The position numbers and the translations under genes were made by a program. A stretch of 64,000 nucleotides of DNA from Raillietiella orientalis (lineage: Eukaryota). The stretch covers positions 6,138,001 to 6,202,000 of the forward strand of contig JAYWIR010000005.1 of NCBI GenBank assembly GCA_036172245.1, in the 5' to 3' direction. Below the pieces are notes generated by a model. It worked only from the letters and a program-made list of their open reading frames with translations, had not been told where the DNA came from and did no database searches. Of this stretch, positions 47,701 to 60,700 are shown one piece after another (positions within the stretch are counted from its first letter, which is position 1; each line of letters opens with the position of its first letter).

Positions 47701-50700
47701 ACCCGGGACCTCTGCACTCCCCAGAAGGCTTTTCGCAGAAGGCTCTCGGTCCGCTTTTTCACATCTCCGGGAGGGGGTCAACAAGAAGCAGGGGTGTCGG
47801 AGGAGAGAAGCCACGAACGTGTGCCAGAGGACAGCCCGTTCTGGGCTGTCCTCCGGGGGCTGTCCTGTGGAACTCGTTCGTGCATTGCTTGTTCTGCATG
47901 GCCCCTGTTCTTTGAAGCAGGCCCCTTTGGTCTTTGAGACAGAGAGAGGCCTCCGTAAGGAGGGAAGGGACCGCCACCAAAGAGTGACGAGGGCAGGCGA
48001 GAAGACGCGTCGTTCCCGGATGCTCTGCTGAAAGACCATCGTCTCGCCAAGAGTGGGGTGGATCCACCGTCGGTCGGCGGATGCGCCAGCCTACTTGGGG
48101 ACCGGAATTCGCCTGGGTAGGCAGAAGGAAAAGGGGTTGTCTGGCATGGACCTCGACTCCTCAAAGCCTTCCATTCTGGAAAGTCTGAGGTCGCCGCCAT
48201 GGAGTATCGCTACCTGAAGTGGGCAGCCTTCGCGTGGTCGAGCACGAGCTGACCTGTTAGGCTGGCTGAAGCCTCGGGCACAAGACCGGTGCGCGCCGAG
48301 AACCTGGGCAACTGAACGGTTCCAAGTCGCCATAAGATGCGTCCACGAGATGAGGGCTCCTCTTCTCTCCAAAAAACACACAAAAAAAACGAGGCAGGGA
48401 CGACACAGTGTTGCCACTGGTAGTGAGGTGATGCTCAGCATGTTCGGCTCCACGTCTCTTGCAGCCGAGCTGACCGTTGAGGATGTCTCGATGTCTCGAT
48501 GGGGGTCGCATCCTCAGGAATCCATACGCATTCTCGGAAAGCAGCTGACGGAGTCGTGGCAGAAAGGGCGGCTCCTGTGGAGGCGACTGCCGTCGGTGGT
48601 GCTTTCGCTTTCCACCAGCTGTGCGCACTGCAGGGAACGATGGTGAGAACGGGCGGTTGCCGGTCTTGGGAACGCCAACTTTCCCCGAGGTCACGTACTC
48701 GACACCCCAAGTAGGTGCGCCTTTGTTGTTGCCCGGAGCTGGCGCGCTGCTGGTGGCTCGCGGTGGGACATGAAAGACGATCGGGAGTCACATCTATGCT
48801 TTGGTGAACGGCTGTTCCTGGCGGGAGTCGGGACGCGCATGGGACGGGCGATCGAGGGCGATGGGGGTGTCTCAGAGGCAAGTCCGTCGTCAGCTCTCAT
48901 CCAAAAGGCGCATTAGGAGTGGTTCGGATCAGGGTCCTGACCACCAGCAGGGACAGCGGCGGCACCAGAGACTCGCAAAGGGGCGGCAGCGTCGCGCGTT
49001 TCTCGTCGGTCCCCTCGGCGATTTTGCGGCCGAGGGCACAGACGATGGAAGCCGCACAGGGTTGGGATGTCTTTCCAGAAGGACAGTCTACTACCCCCTA
49101 GGGTAGGGGCGGCCCGGGATGGGGGTCTTTGCGGCCGCTGAGGCAGAGGGAGCGCGTCCGTCTGGCTCGACGCATCCTTGGTGACACCAGAAATCGTCTC
49201 CGCCCGTGGGTAAAGCGAAGGGCTCCAGTCGGGCCAGCCGGGGCGGCGACGAGGGTTTTTGGGCTCCGGTAGTGGCGGTCGTTCCTGAGAGGCTGCACGA
49301 CCTACAGGTTTCGGCACTCGAAAAGACCCAGGAGAGCCGCATTCTTGACCTCGTCCGCGCGCATTGGGATGGCGGAGAAGTGCAGACACGCCGCAGGCGT
49401 GTCCGCTTGCCCCAGGGCAAGCGGGTAGCAGTGAGGCGCTCGTCTTCAGGGGCGCTCGGGAGTACTGTGCGTTTCCAAGCAGACACGCATATGATCCTTT
49501 TTTGATTCGAATAATGGCGCGGTTTGGACCGCAGGATGGTAGTGGCCGCGTTTTAACGTCCGTCGGCTGCGGCTCCTGGTCACCTGAGCCTGCAGCCACA
49601 CGATGGCATCCATCCTGAGAGATTCCGGCACATCTGCTGACGGAGAGGTAAACTGCTCGGTCGAAGGCGAAGAGGCGGGAGAAACCGTGTTCCGGGAAGT
49701 TATTCCTCGGTCCCAAGACTCCCAGGTATGAGGGAACGAAAGCGCCTGAGGGGCAGAGCCAAAGGACTAATCAGTCCTGCTCTCCGCCCGGTCACTCAGC
49801 GACGCATACATGGGGCCGCAGCGCGTGGGCCGTGATGTCTTCGGCACCGATCGGTCGGGAGCAGGGCCTCTCCGAGGGCGAAGGTCGCAATGTCAACGTG
49901 GGATTCCTCGTTCACCGTGCTCCCACTGTCGCCCCTGACGCAGTCCCTCGGGCGGGAGCTGAGCTGCCGCTGCCGACCGTCCTCCATTGTGCCAGTGCCG
50001 CTCCTCCTCCTTTCATCCCTGGCTCCGCGTCAGCCTAGCGCGCTCTCACACGTATTCCTGCGCAAGCGTCCTACGGACGGGGCCCAAGATGGCAGGGCTC
50101 TCCTGCCTGCCTCTTGCTCCCATCTCAGCCGAGGTCTACATCCGGACGAGGGAGGGGCCTGATTCATGGGAGGAGATCACTCAGGAACTGGAGAAGATTC
50201 TGCTCCTCCTACGAATGGGGGGGGATAGAGGGGAGGGCAAGGGATAGCCGAGCACTCGAAAACGAGACGCTGCACCCTGGACCGCTTGAGGGTGCATCGA
50301 CCGGCGTGGTTCTTCACGACATTCTCGTGGGGCGGGAGTGCTTCAAAACGGTAGAGAGCCGGGGAGGAGGTCGAGCTTTCTCAGAGGGGCTGGGGGAGGG
50401 AAGCGTCCGACGCGAAGCGCAGAATCCGAGCGGCCTCCGGTGGGTGCCCCGACCGGATGTAGATGGTGTATCCACCTTCATCTTTGCGAATGAACGGCTT
50501 GCAGCTGCACCCGGGAAACCGTTCGACGCAGCACGGCGGAGGCGGTGAAGGTCGAGAGGATCGCGAGCCACCACAGCGGCCCAAGTCGGCTGCCGCGATC
50601 CAGCCCCGGTTCCGGGGAAGACGCGGGCGCTGGCTCGAGTGGACCTGGGCGTTTTCCTCGAGACGGCGCTCGGAGCGGCCCGCGCGCTCAGTCCCAGCGG

Positions 50701-53700
50701 CTGCATTCGCCCGCGTGGTGTTTCGCGAGCGACGGATTGCGGCGGCTCTACTTCAAGACCTGCGGCGCTTCCCCGCGCGCGCGCTGCCTCCTTGCTTGGA
50801 CGCTGGTCGCTGTCCGCAGGGGTCCCCTGATGGAGGCGAACGCCGGACGAGGCGTGACTTGGCGTGCCGTCCATAAGCTGTCCGCCGCCTGCTGTGGTGG
50901 TGGCGTCCCATGCACACCGCGCGCTGGAAGCTGCACCCCGCCGTTTCCATGCTGCGCCGTCAGGGGCACTGTGCGCGCTGTCGGCGGTTGAGCGCCAGGT
51001 TCCCGTGCTGCCCACCCCCTTCCGGGCGGTCGTTCCAAGGTCACGGAGTCACCCGGGACTTGGGGCCGTCCTCAGAGAAGGCGACTCCTTTCGAAGAGAG
51101 CAAACTCGTCCCACGTGACCCATCTGGACGGGAACGGCCGTCGGCAGCACCAGGGCGCTTCAGAGATGGTCGCCTCGCGTGCCTCTGGAAGGAAGGGGCG
51201 GTGTCTCGTAGCTGCGCGCAGACTCGGAGAGGCTTCCCGGTTGCCGACGTGAAAGGTCCATCCGGGAAGCGAAACGTTCCCGCCGCGGATCCGCCGGCCT
51301 GCCGAATGCTGGTGAACGAACTCCTGTCATCGTGCAGACTGATGGGGTTGTCTCAGGCGAAGCCCAGAATCTATAAATAGTCCCAATATGCTGCGTAACT
51401 GGGCAGCATCGGCCGTGACGGTTGCGGGATTTTTCGGTACGCGCATCGCCCTTCCACCGGGAACCGACTCGGGACCCACGGCAGAGGCAAAATGGCTGCC
51501 GCAGTACGCATGGAAGACTTCGGTCTCGTTTAATGGCTTCCGCTTTCCTTGGCCCGAATTCCGGTCCTGCCCAGACGGGAAGAGGCGCTCTCGTGAGAGC
51601 AAAAAAGGAAGGAAGAGAAGATCAGCGTTCGCATCCTGCCGGGTGCATTCGGGCGCCCGCCAATTGCGTGTGCGTGGAGCAGACATCCGTGCGCATGCCG
51701 GTCCATGCAGCTGACCTTCAGGGAAGGTTCATCGAGGTGATCCTCTCGAGATTCCAGCTCAGGTTGGGAAAGCTTCTGGGAAGCCGATGCAAAACACCGC
51801 CGAAGATTCGTAGATCCGGAAAGCCGAATCTTCCAGAATAGACGGGCATCGGTCTGTTCTTCTTTTCCTCCCGACTGGAGACCTACGACGCAGAGGGGCT
51901 GCCTTCCAGCACGCGGCTGCCTGGAGATCACGGAGATCCCGTGCCGGAAACCGATGGAGGGAAAGCCGATTCCGGGAAACGGCGAGGAGCAAGAAAGGAG
52001 ACCGAAGGAGCGGAACCAGAGGCACTTGCGAGTGCCAGAGACACCAAGAGCGTGCTCCTAACAACCATCCGAGTATGAACCCTCGACCTCCTTGCGAAAC
52101 GTCTCTCCCAGTGCGATGCGAGGCTTTCGGATCGATGGAAGGGGCATCCGCGGGCGGAATCCAGGAAGAAAATCCACACCGATTCCGGACGAAAAAAAGG
52201 GGTCTGGAACCGACTTGGTGCGTCTCCCCCAATGCATCACTTGCCAGCCCCTTCGGCCGGAAGATTTCGATTCCCTTCCTCCTGCTCCTCCTTCGCTGCC
52301 GCCGCCATCGCTATATAGGAGGAACACCTCGAGAGGCACGGACCCATCCGGGTCTCGCCACATCGGATTCAGGACTGGCTCGTTGGACGGCACTACCGCC
52401 GGTCCGCGATGGCGCTGCCGTGGCACGGCGGCGAGGTGTCAGGAAGAGGTGCGACCCTGACTGCTGCAACTTCTGACTCTTGGCCCCCAAGAACTGAGCT
52501 CGGCAAACACGGAGGGCCCGCTCGAGAGAGATGCGACCGGGGTGCTGCAGAGGGGCCGCTGCTTTTCCCCCCTTTTGTCATGACAGGCAGCCAGCAATCT
52601 CGGAAAAAAAAAAAAATCCCAGCAGAGCTATTCTTGAGACCAGGTGAGGGAAGCGACGAAGCAGACGCGGCCTCTCCCCCCCTCCCTCCTCTCCCCCACA
52701 TGGGCAACGCACATTTCATATCCCTCCCCTACCAGTCCCGAGGAGGACTCCAGCCGGCAAGTCATCTGACCGGAAGCCAGACGCTTGCCGGCTGGAGTGC
52801 GCCTCGAGGAAGAAACTTCTCTGGGAAGTCCTACTGAGCTGTCCTCTCGCCTGTGTCTCCGTGTCTCGCGCGGTTGTCGCCATCGCAACGGGCGCTCCGG
52901 CGCGACCGCACTTCGGTTCCACCTCCAGTGGAACACGCGCTCGCCTCCGGCAGCGGAAGAGGAGCGGGCTGGGAGTCCGCAGCTGGGGCCGCCCCCGCTG
53001 GAAACTCGCGAGGCGAAACGCGTTCCCGGCGGCGCCACCCCGCTGGCGCGCCCGCCCGCCGAGAGATACGCCCTTGCCACCCGATGGATGATGCAAGCGA
53101 TCTGCCAACAGCACTCGCATCCACGTCCCGGGCGGCTCCCTCCGCGAAGGTCGAGTGCGGGCAGAAGGGCCTCCCAGCCTCCCCGTTTCTTCGGCGGCTG
53201 CAGGGCTCGCACGTCCCGCACCGCGTCGCTCTCACTCTCGCGCGGAGGATCTTCATACGGGAGGCGCGAAAACGGGAGGGTAGATCGCTTCCGGCGCCTC
53301 GCCCATCCCGCTCGTGTCGAGTTGCGCGCTGGGACGGAACGTTTTCATGGCGATTTTCTCCCCGGAAATCGCTCTGCGTCGTCGGCAGGCGGTGGCGCTT
53401 CGCTCCCTGTTCTCTTCGGTTCCCCTTCCCCTCCCTCTTCTCTTGCGCCGCTACCGATCGGATCCGTAGGCTGACCCGTCCCCCTTTGGCCCCGACGACT
53501 CGCCTTTAATTTGCTTGTACAGTCAAGAGTTCCGTGTAGGATCTCTGCGGCGCTGGTGCGGCGCGTGCGTTTCAATAGCCGGAGGCACCCGCGAGCCGCT
53601 CCCCATCTGCTGACCCACCTTACTGGATTCTGGTACCATTTTCCCTGTTGCTGAGGTACAGGGAGCGCCCGGAGCGGGAGAGACTGCCAGGGAACAAAAG

Positions 53701-56700
53701 AGGCCGCCATCACGTCAGCGTCGCGCCCAAAACTCCATCGCTCGGCGCCCTCTCGCTTGCTGCCGCCATTACGGAGAGGAAAGGCCTCTGCAACCGTCCA
53801 TCGGTCCTCATCGTCTGGTCTCCGAGGTCCGCCCTTTCTCCTCCTCTTCCCTTCCTCCTCCGCTGCCGCCCCCACCGCAGCTTTTCCGCTGCATACAAGC
53901 AACGCCTCGAGAGAGACGCACGGACCCATCCGGGTCTCACAACGTAGGGTCTAGGGCTGGTTCGTTGGGCGGCGCTACCGCTGGACCGCGAGGGCTCTGC
54001 TGCGGCGACGGCATGGCACGACGCGTCATTCGCCAGACTAGTGAGCCTCCCTCCCCCTCCCCCTTTGTTTCCCCTCCTGTCCGCCCCCGCAGCACTCCAG
54101 TGGCACGGAGGAGGTGCAGCCGAATCTCCCCGTTGACCGGCGGCGCATCTGCTTCCACGCTGGCTACGACGACGACCTCGGCACTTTTCGTTTTTCCTCC
54201 TCCTTGGCGGCGAGTGTTCGCGTCAGTGCGCCGCCCGAAGCCGGGAAGAGGTGGCACGTCTCAGCTTCTTCGCCCTCTTCTGCCCGCCTCCTGCCCCATC
54301 CTTCGCTCCCGAGCGAGCGGCGGCGGCCCGCTCGTGAGGGGCCCTGCACGCGTGTCGCAACCCACGCGCATCCCAATGGCTCGTATGGGAGCGCGCAGTT
54401 GGCGGCGCCGTTCTCGCCGTCTTGCCTGGGTGCCTCCCTGTAGGGAGAGCACGCCCAGGGGAGAAACCTCCGAGGGAGCAGCCAGCCCCACGAACGCTGC
54501 GAATAGACTTTCCGAGGCGGAAAGTCTATTCGGCTGCCCGAGCTGGGGCAGCCCCAAAGGGATCCGGCTACGTTACTCGTAGAAATTCACCCCGGATTCC
54601 ACGGTCAGTCCACGGGTCCTGCACGCTCCAGAGTGGGCAGACGCCGAAGCACGCGAGCCCGCTAGCGACCCCGCAGGGGCACTCTCAGCCCTCGACGCCC
54701 CACCTCTTGGAGCCGACCCGTTGCCCAAGCTGCACGCACGCGCACACACGCGAGCGCGTGCGTGCGCCTGCGGGCTTCTTGCGCGACGGGGGTTCCTCTG
54801 CGGCGACTCGTCCTCCCCCACGACGGTTTCTTTTGCCGAGCGGCAGGACTCTCCCGACGATCCAGCAGACGCACCGTCGGGAGCTCCAGACAGAAGCTAC
54901 GCGGGCGCCTCGGGGAGGAGGGGGGGAGGAGGGGGAGGACTCTTTCCTCGAACGGCACGTCTTGAGCTCGTGCGCCTTCGGGCTGACCTCTCGCCGGAGG
55001 CGGCGAAGTCCGGGTCAGGACTCGGGTGAGCACGCGGCTTGCAGCCCAGCATCCGCCGCGGGCCGGTTTCTGCCGCTGCTGCGCCCGCGGGGTCGGCGGC
55101 GGAACTTCCCTGGGGTCCCCGCTCTCCAGGGACGGAGTCCCCCAGGCATCCACCCGCCCACCTTCGCCGGGGGCTTTGCCTTCCGGCTGTCGGAGCGTAG
55201 GGAGTTCGGGTCTGGGGCAGAGTAGCCCAGCAGCGGCGGCCGGTATGAAAGGATCAGTGGCTCGAGGGCCGGAAGAGAGGTCGGGGGCCCTCAGATGCCT
55301 CCTGCGACTGAGCCAGTCGGCTCTTCCAGCTGGCAGGTGCCCGGCTCCCGATGTGGCCTGGGGACGAGCACTGCCGGAGCGGGCCTGAAGAGAAGATGGC
55401 GGGGTCCCGGGAAAGACAAAAGGAAGAGGAGGGGCATTTTCTCGTTGGGGAGGGTCGCCTTTTCACCTGGGGAGGGGGCATTCCGGGTCTGGCGTCTCCT
55501 CGAATCGAAAGAACATAGAGCACGAGGTATCCCTGGATGCCGGGGACTCTCCACAGGGAAAGGGTCGGCCGCCGTCTCCAGGGAGGTCGGCGGCAGCGGG
55601 GGGCAGAGAGACCGCTGCAGTTTCCGTGAACATGGTCCATCCTGGGAGCCACCCAGGAGAAGGTCCGGGTCTCCCCCAGGGACTCGAGCTCCCGACCAAA
55701 CAGCTCGCGGGTCCCGGCGTCGTGCTGGTTGAACCACCGCGTCTGCGTCCACGCCGCGGGCGTCGCCTGCAGCAACGGGCCCGCCCTGCCGATTCTCCTC
55801 CGGGGGCAGGGAAGAGCTGGGACAAGACACGCGGGGGCGAAACCAGACGCCCCCTTCCTTGAGGACGCGCGCAGTGCATGCAGGCGAAAGAGCTGTATTC
55901 GGGAGCCGGCCCCAGGATTGTTCACATTGCAGAGACTGCTGGGGGGAGAAGTAACGGTCCATTCTCCGAGCGAAGATCTCGAGCAGCATCCGTCGTTCCC
56001 ATCCCCCGCTCTGGCGTTTACCCGATCTCCCGGGGCGTTTTCTCAAAAACAGGGGGTTCCTTTGTTTTTAAGAAAGAGTCTCGGGCGACTGGGTAGGGGT
56101 CAGAGCATTCAGAGGAGGCGGCGTCCCCAGAATGCGAGAGGCGCCAGAAAAAAAAGAATTCCGTTGGGGATGACCCTCGGCACTCAGACAGACTTCTGAG
56201 GAAGTAGGGAACACAGAGAGAGGACAGCAAATAAATAGGAAAGGCAGGAGGGTGGGGACAGGGGTCTTTGACGTTTCTTTCTCCCTTGGAGCGGTTACGT
56301 GTGGTGGCTGCTGGCGACCCCCTCCCCTGGAGGCTTCCTCTGGCAAGAGAGGCCGCCTTGCAGCCGGCCTCATCGAGCAAGCTTCCATACTGGTGACTTC
56401 TCTTCGCTGCGAACGAGATCCATCCACGGAGCGGACCGTCGTCTCCATGGCGCGGGCAACACAAACAGTTGGAATCCGCCATCTGTTGACCTCCTCGCAT
56501 GAGGAAGCACCGTAGCCAGCCAGTGCGAGACAGGGGGTCCTCCGGGTGGCGGAGCGACGGAGAGAGTTCCCGCCATGTGTCCTACAGGGCACTGCAGTCC
56601 AGCAGGAGACGCGGAAACGATTCCATCGCCCAGCACTTGGAGCAGTTCAGGGCATCAGCTCCCTCGGAAACCAGCTGTTTGTGCTGACTGTCCTGCCAAT

Positions 56701-56784
56701 CTCCAGTGCAGAACGTCCTGAACATTTGCGACGGAGCGGAAACACGGAGGTGTCCGCTCACAGGAGAGGGACCACGAGTTCTTC

Positions 56785-57001
56785 GGGGAGCACACCGAGC
56801 AGTTCACTCCACCGAGAGTCCCTTCGGGAACGAGCAGTTGCACCGTCCATCAACGCGCTCCCTCGTCTTGCAGCCGCACAGGAGTTTCTCCACTCCTTCC
56901 AGCTGGCAGGAGAACTCCCACTCTGCCGGTCAAGTGCTGCTGCTGTTGTTTGCCCTGGGGGCAGACAGTGCTGCAGAAGGCTGCACTTCGTCCAGTCTTG
57001 C
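56785..57001 (-). mobile_element. Possible relic of an Academ(X)-type transposase C-terminal Cys-rich zinc finger
   Basis: One minus-strand frame reads EVQPSAALSAPRAN...*PAEWEF....KLLCGCKTRERVDGRCNCSFPKGLSVE*TARC, resembling LPPT.AAL..H..RA...P..WGW...LI.C.CK..C...RC.C.K.GL.CT..C; two in-frame stops. Confidence 0.3.
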
Positions 57002-57715
57002 TGGAAATCTACCAGCGGGCTGCAGAGGAGAGTCCAACGTAGGATGATGATCTCTGTGCCAGCGTCGGAGGCCACGTGGCTGTGGTCTCCACGCACGGCA
57101 CCACCTAGTGCCGCGGGTTCGAACGCCTTCCGGGAGAGGTCCGACGCCCGAGAAATGAGGGGTGCGTCATGAATTTCGAGTTTTCCCCGCAAGATGACGC
57201 TGGTTGGCCTACATTCGGGTGCGGTACTGGTAGTTGATATAACTGGATGTCCCCAATGAGTGGCCGGGGTTGGAATTTGACCTTTCGGAACCCTTCCAGG
57301 GATCAAGGAACCCTTCGAGGTTCCCCCCCGTCTCGCACCATGGAGCTGGCGGCTTGACGATAATTCTCTAGTGTCCAAGAAGCGCTCTGCTGCCTTCGGG
57401 AGGCGCCCTTCAGAGAAAATGGAAGCATCCCTTCAGGATTCTCTTCAGGGGAGGAAGAAACCAGGAGCGGCCACTTCTAGGGGTCCCTCCGGAGAAAAGA
57501 AGGAAGGAGATTCCGTTTAAGGTTCCCTGCCGGGCGCTAGAGGAACGGACTCTCTACTTCTTCCTGGATTCATAGGGTAGTCCCCTTCCGGGGTGCCCCA
57601 TATGTTGGACAGCTACTACACACACCTTCGGGTGGCATGGACCAGCATCAAGGAGCAGCGAGAGCTGCCCGGTGCGCGACGGTTCATGGCGAACCCTTCC
57701 CAAAAAAAAACCTGA

Positions 57716-57738
57716 AGAGAGAGAGAGAGAGAGAGAGA
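57716..57738. repeat. (GA)n microsatellite
   Basis: Directly visible dinucleotide run. Confidence 0.85.
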
Positions 57739-60700
57739 AAGAAAGAGAAAAAAAAAGGTTGGAAGGAAAGCAGCGAAACCTGGACCCTCTCTTCCCAACT
57801 CTTCCAGCAGGTCTCCGGCGCCTCGTGCTCTGAGGGTAGCTGGGGAAGGACTGCGCGTCTGGCGCGAGTAGAGGACTTTACCGCTGGTGATGCATCTGCT
57901 TCCTCGGGTGCGGCAGCATCGACAGTCAGCAGTCGCAGGTTTGCCATCCTAAAAAGGACTCCTCCCTCGGAGTCCGCTGCTTCCTTCCAGATGGGAAAGA
58001 AAGGACCTCGTTCCGAATCCTTGAGCTCCAGCACGCCGAAGAACAGACCCGCCGTTCATCCGAGTGGCTGCAAGGTAGCTCGCACAGCTTTTAAGCAGCT
58101 TCCGAAGAGGACGCCAAGCACCGCTGAAGAGGGCGCACGAGAGCTACCCGCTCTCCCGGCACCATAAGGACCTCAGACGTGACCTGCCGGCTGCGGACGT
58201 GAAAGATACGCAAGACATGGAGTAGTAAATGCGAAAGGACTGCGTGGTGGCTATGGGGAGAACTCAAACTGATCATCGTGAACACCGTGGTGTAGCGCTT
58301 GCACGATCCTCGCTCGGCGTTGGAGCTATTTTTAGTACCGACAACTCCGAAGCTAGAAAAGGCAAAATATGTGGTTCTGTTTCTTGTAATTTAATCAGAG
58401 ATCTCCTGCACTGCCCTTCCAGATCAGTGGTGGTTGCAGTTCTTCGAAACTAGCGACTCGCAACACATTTTCGAGCTGCTTTTTCACTTCGTTCGACTTT
58501 GTTGGATTTTCTTCCCCTTTCCTTCGCAGTGAGAACCGGCACGTGGCGCACTCTATTGGGGATTCAGATAACTGCGAGCCAAGTTCCACAACGGGATGCA
58601 GCCATCCTACTCCGTCTCTACTTCCATTTAGATTTCGTTGTATCGTTTCATTTTTTCCTTCTAGATTGTGCTGCATTTTCCAGAAAATTCTACATAACAT
58701 GGAAACACGCAAAACCTGTTTCCTGATAAAGAGAATCGCCTGCAGACCTTGGCATACGGAATCAACTGGAGATGCTTCCTTCCAGCATTATTCTCCATCC
58801 AGCGGAGGCTGCAGGCAGGACCGTCGACATGATGGAGACACTTGGATGAGACGAGCGCGCAGACGATCCCGTGGGGGAAGAATCTGTTCGACATTTCCGA
58901 TTTTCGGGAGAGAAAGGAGGGAAGAAGAGAATTTTCGCGTGCTCCTCAACACACGCGAGGCACAGCCGATTCCAAAAGACACGGGGAGGGGGTTGCATAC
59001 TAGTTCGAGTGGCCGCATCTCGGGGTCTCCCTTCCGGGCAGACGACGTGTGTCCCTGGAAGCAAAGGGACACGCGGGGATGGCTCCGGAAGGTGCGCCGC
59101 GGTCGTGAGCTTCCGCCCTCCGTCTCGTTTCGATTCGCTTCCCAGTGCGCCGCCGCCACCGGGAATGAAGTGTGCAGAAAGACGCTGCTCCCCTGAGCGA
59201 ACGAGGGAAACACTGCAGGCGTTTCTCAAAGGGGACGACTCGCAAGCATCCATTGCTTTTTGTCCTGAAGGCAAGATCGGTCGGTAGCTAAACGGTGCTA
59301 AAAAACAAAGAAACAAAAAAACTGCAAAACTAAAATCCGGAAGACCTCGCTCTGTCTGGAAAAGGAAATTTTCTTGACGAGCATCGAAAGTCCCGAAATT
59401 CCAGTTTGAGTCTCGGCGTCTTCGAAAGTTTTCTTTCCTTCTTTTCTTCCCTTCGCCTCTGCTCTTCGGCGCTCGCTCTGCGGTGACGCAATTGGCTCCG
59501 TCCCGGCCGATCTGACCGGAAACTCTCAGTGAAGGGGGCGGCACCGAGTGTCCACTCGGAGAGACTGGCCTCGTCCCGGGGAGCGGGTGCGCTGCGCCCC
59601 GAGGGGAGGAAGGCAGCCCTCAGTGGTGCCGACAAGTTCCTTGGGAAAAAAGCTTCCGGCAACGGTGCGGAAAAAAAATCCCGTTGCATCCAGAAGTGTG
59701 GAAGAGCGGACTTCTGGCGACGATGAAAGATCAAAGGGAAGCTGCCGCGTGAAACCTCGTTTCCTCGTTGAGAGGCTGCGCGTGTCCAGGAAGCTGCGTG
59801 CGGTGCATTCCGCACACGCTCCGAAGGTGGAGCAGCCGCCCCTCTGCAGGATCTCCTCCTGTGGTCCTTGCGAGCTGCCATCAAGAGCGCGTGCCTTCCC
59901 GAAGCCGAACGCGTTTGGCCGATCCGGCCATCGCGCCCAAGGACGCAGGACCAGCGTTTCCCGTCTGACCGCGTCGACTAGCCTCGCCCCGCCACTGCTT
60001 TGCTGCCTCCTGTGCTCGCGTTTCCAAGGAGCGCAGCGGTGGCTCAAGTCGTTCCTTCCGAACAACAAAGCGGTGCTCTCAGCCTCCCAAACTTCATGCG
60101 AAGAGGAAAACAGGCTGGACCATTTTTTTCTTTTTCCTCCGCCGGAAAACTCTCTAAAGGAAAGACCCGCACAAGGGATGGGCTCGTGTCTTTGCCCAGG
60201 CAACGGAATCTGGGTCTCTTCATCTGGCGCCATTCTCGGCGCTGAGCGGCGAGGTCCTCCCCGGGTCTTTCGCACCCTTCTTTGGGATGGCGCCCCACGC
60301 TGGATCCCGGCTCCGCTCTCGAGCGCACCCCTCTTTGGATTCGCGAGGATCAGCACGTCCTCTCTGTTCCCTCTTCCTGTACGGATGCGGCGGAGGCTCC
60401 CGTTTCCGTGGTTGCGTCGAATCCACGCATCGGTGGCGCACGAATCAGCGTACCAGGAGACACATTTTTGTTGCTGGGTTCGCAGGAAGGAAGGCATTCA
60501 TCTCGTTCTTGTTCTTTTTTTTTTCTGACTCCAGCAGGGGAGCCGTCTGGAGGTCCCCTGCTCATGCGAGGGGGCCTCGCACGAGGATGTAGGGGGTCAC
60601 GTTTCGTGGGAGGGGTCACCTGCTGGCATCGAAACTGCTGGTCCCACCGAGTCTTCCGAGACGCCCTCCTTCTCGAGAAACGCTGCCCTCCAGCTCCGCT

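Noticed and set aside
49850..49950. DCVRGDSGS...VDIATFALG on the minus strand, like a trypsin active-site segment
   Set aside because: No upstream His/Asp catalytic motifs or exon structure; likely chance.
55610..55770. Codon-biased minus-strand stretch WTQTRWFNQHDAG resembling the hAT transposase TRW motif
   Set aside because: A single short motif with no flanking transposase similarity or TIRs.
59526..60528. Overlapping 323-aa and 326-aa ORFs on both strands
   Set aside because: No recognisable motif, codon bias or splice framework; expected by chance at this GC content.
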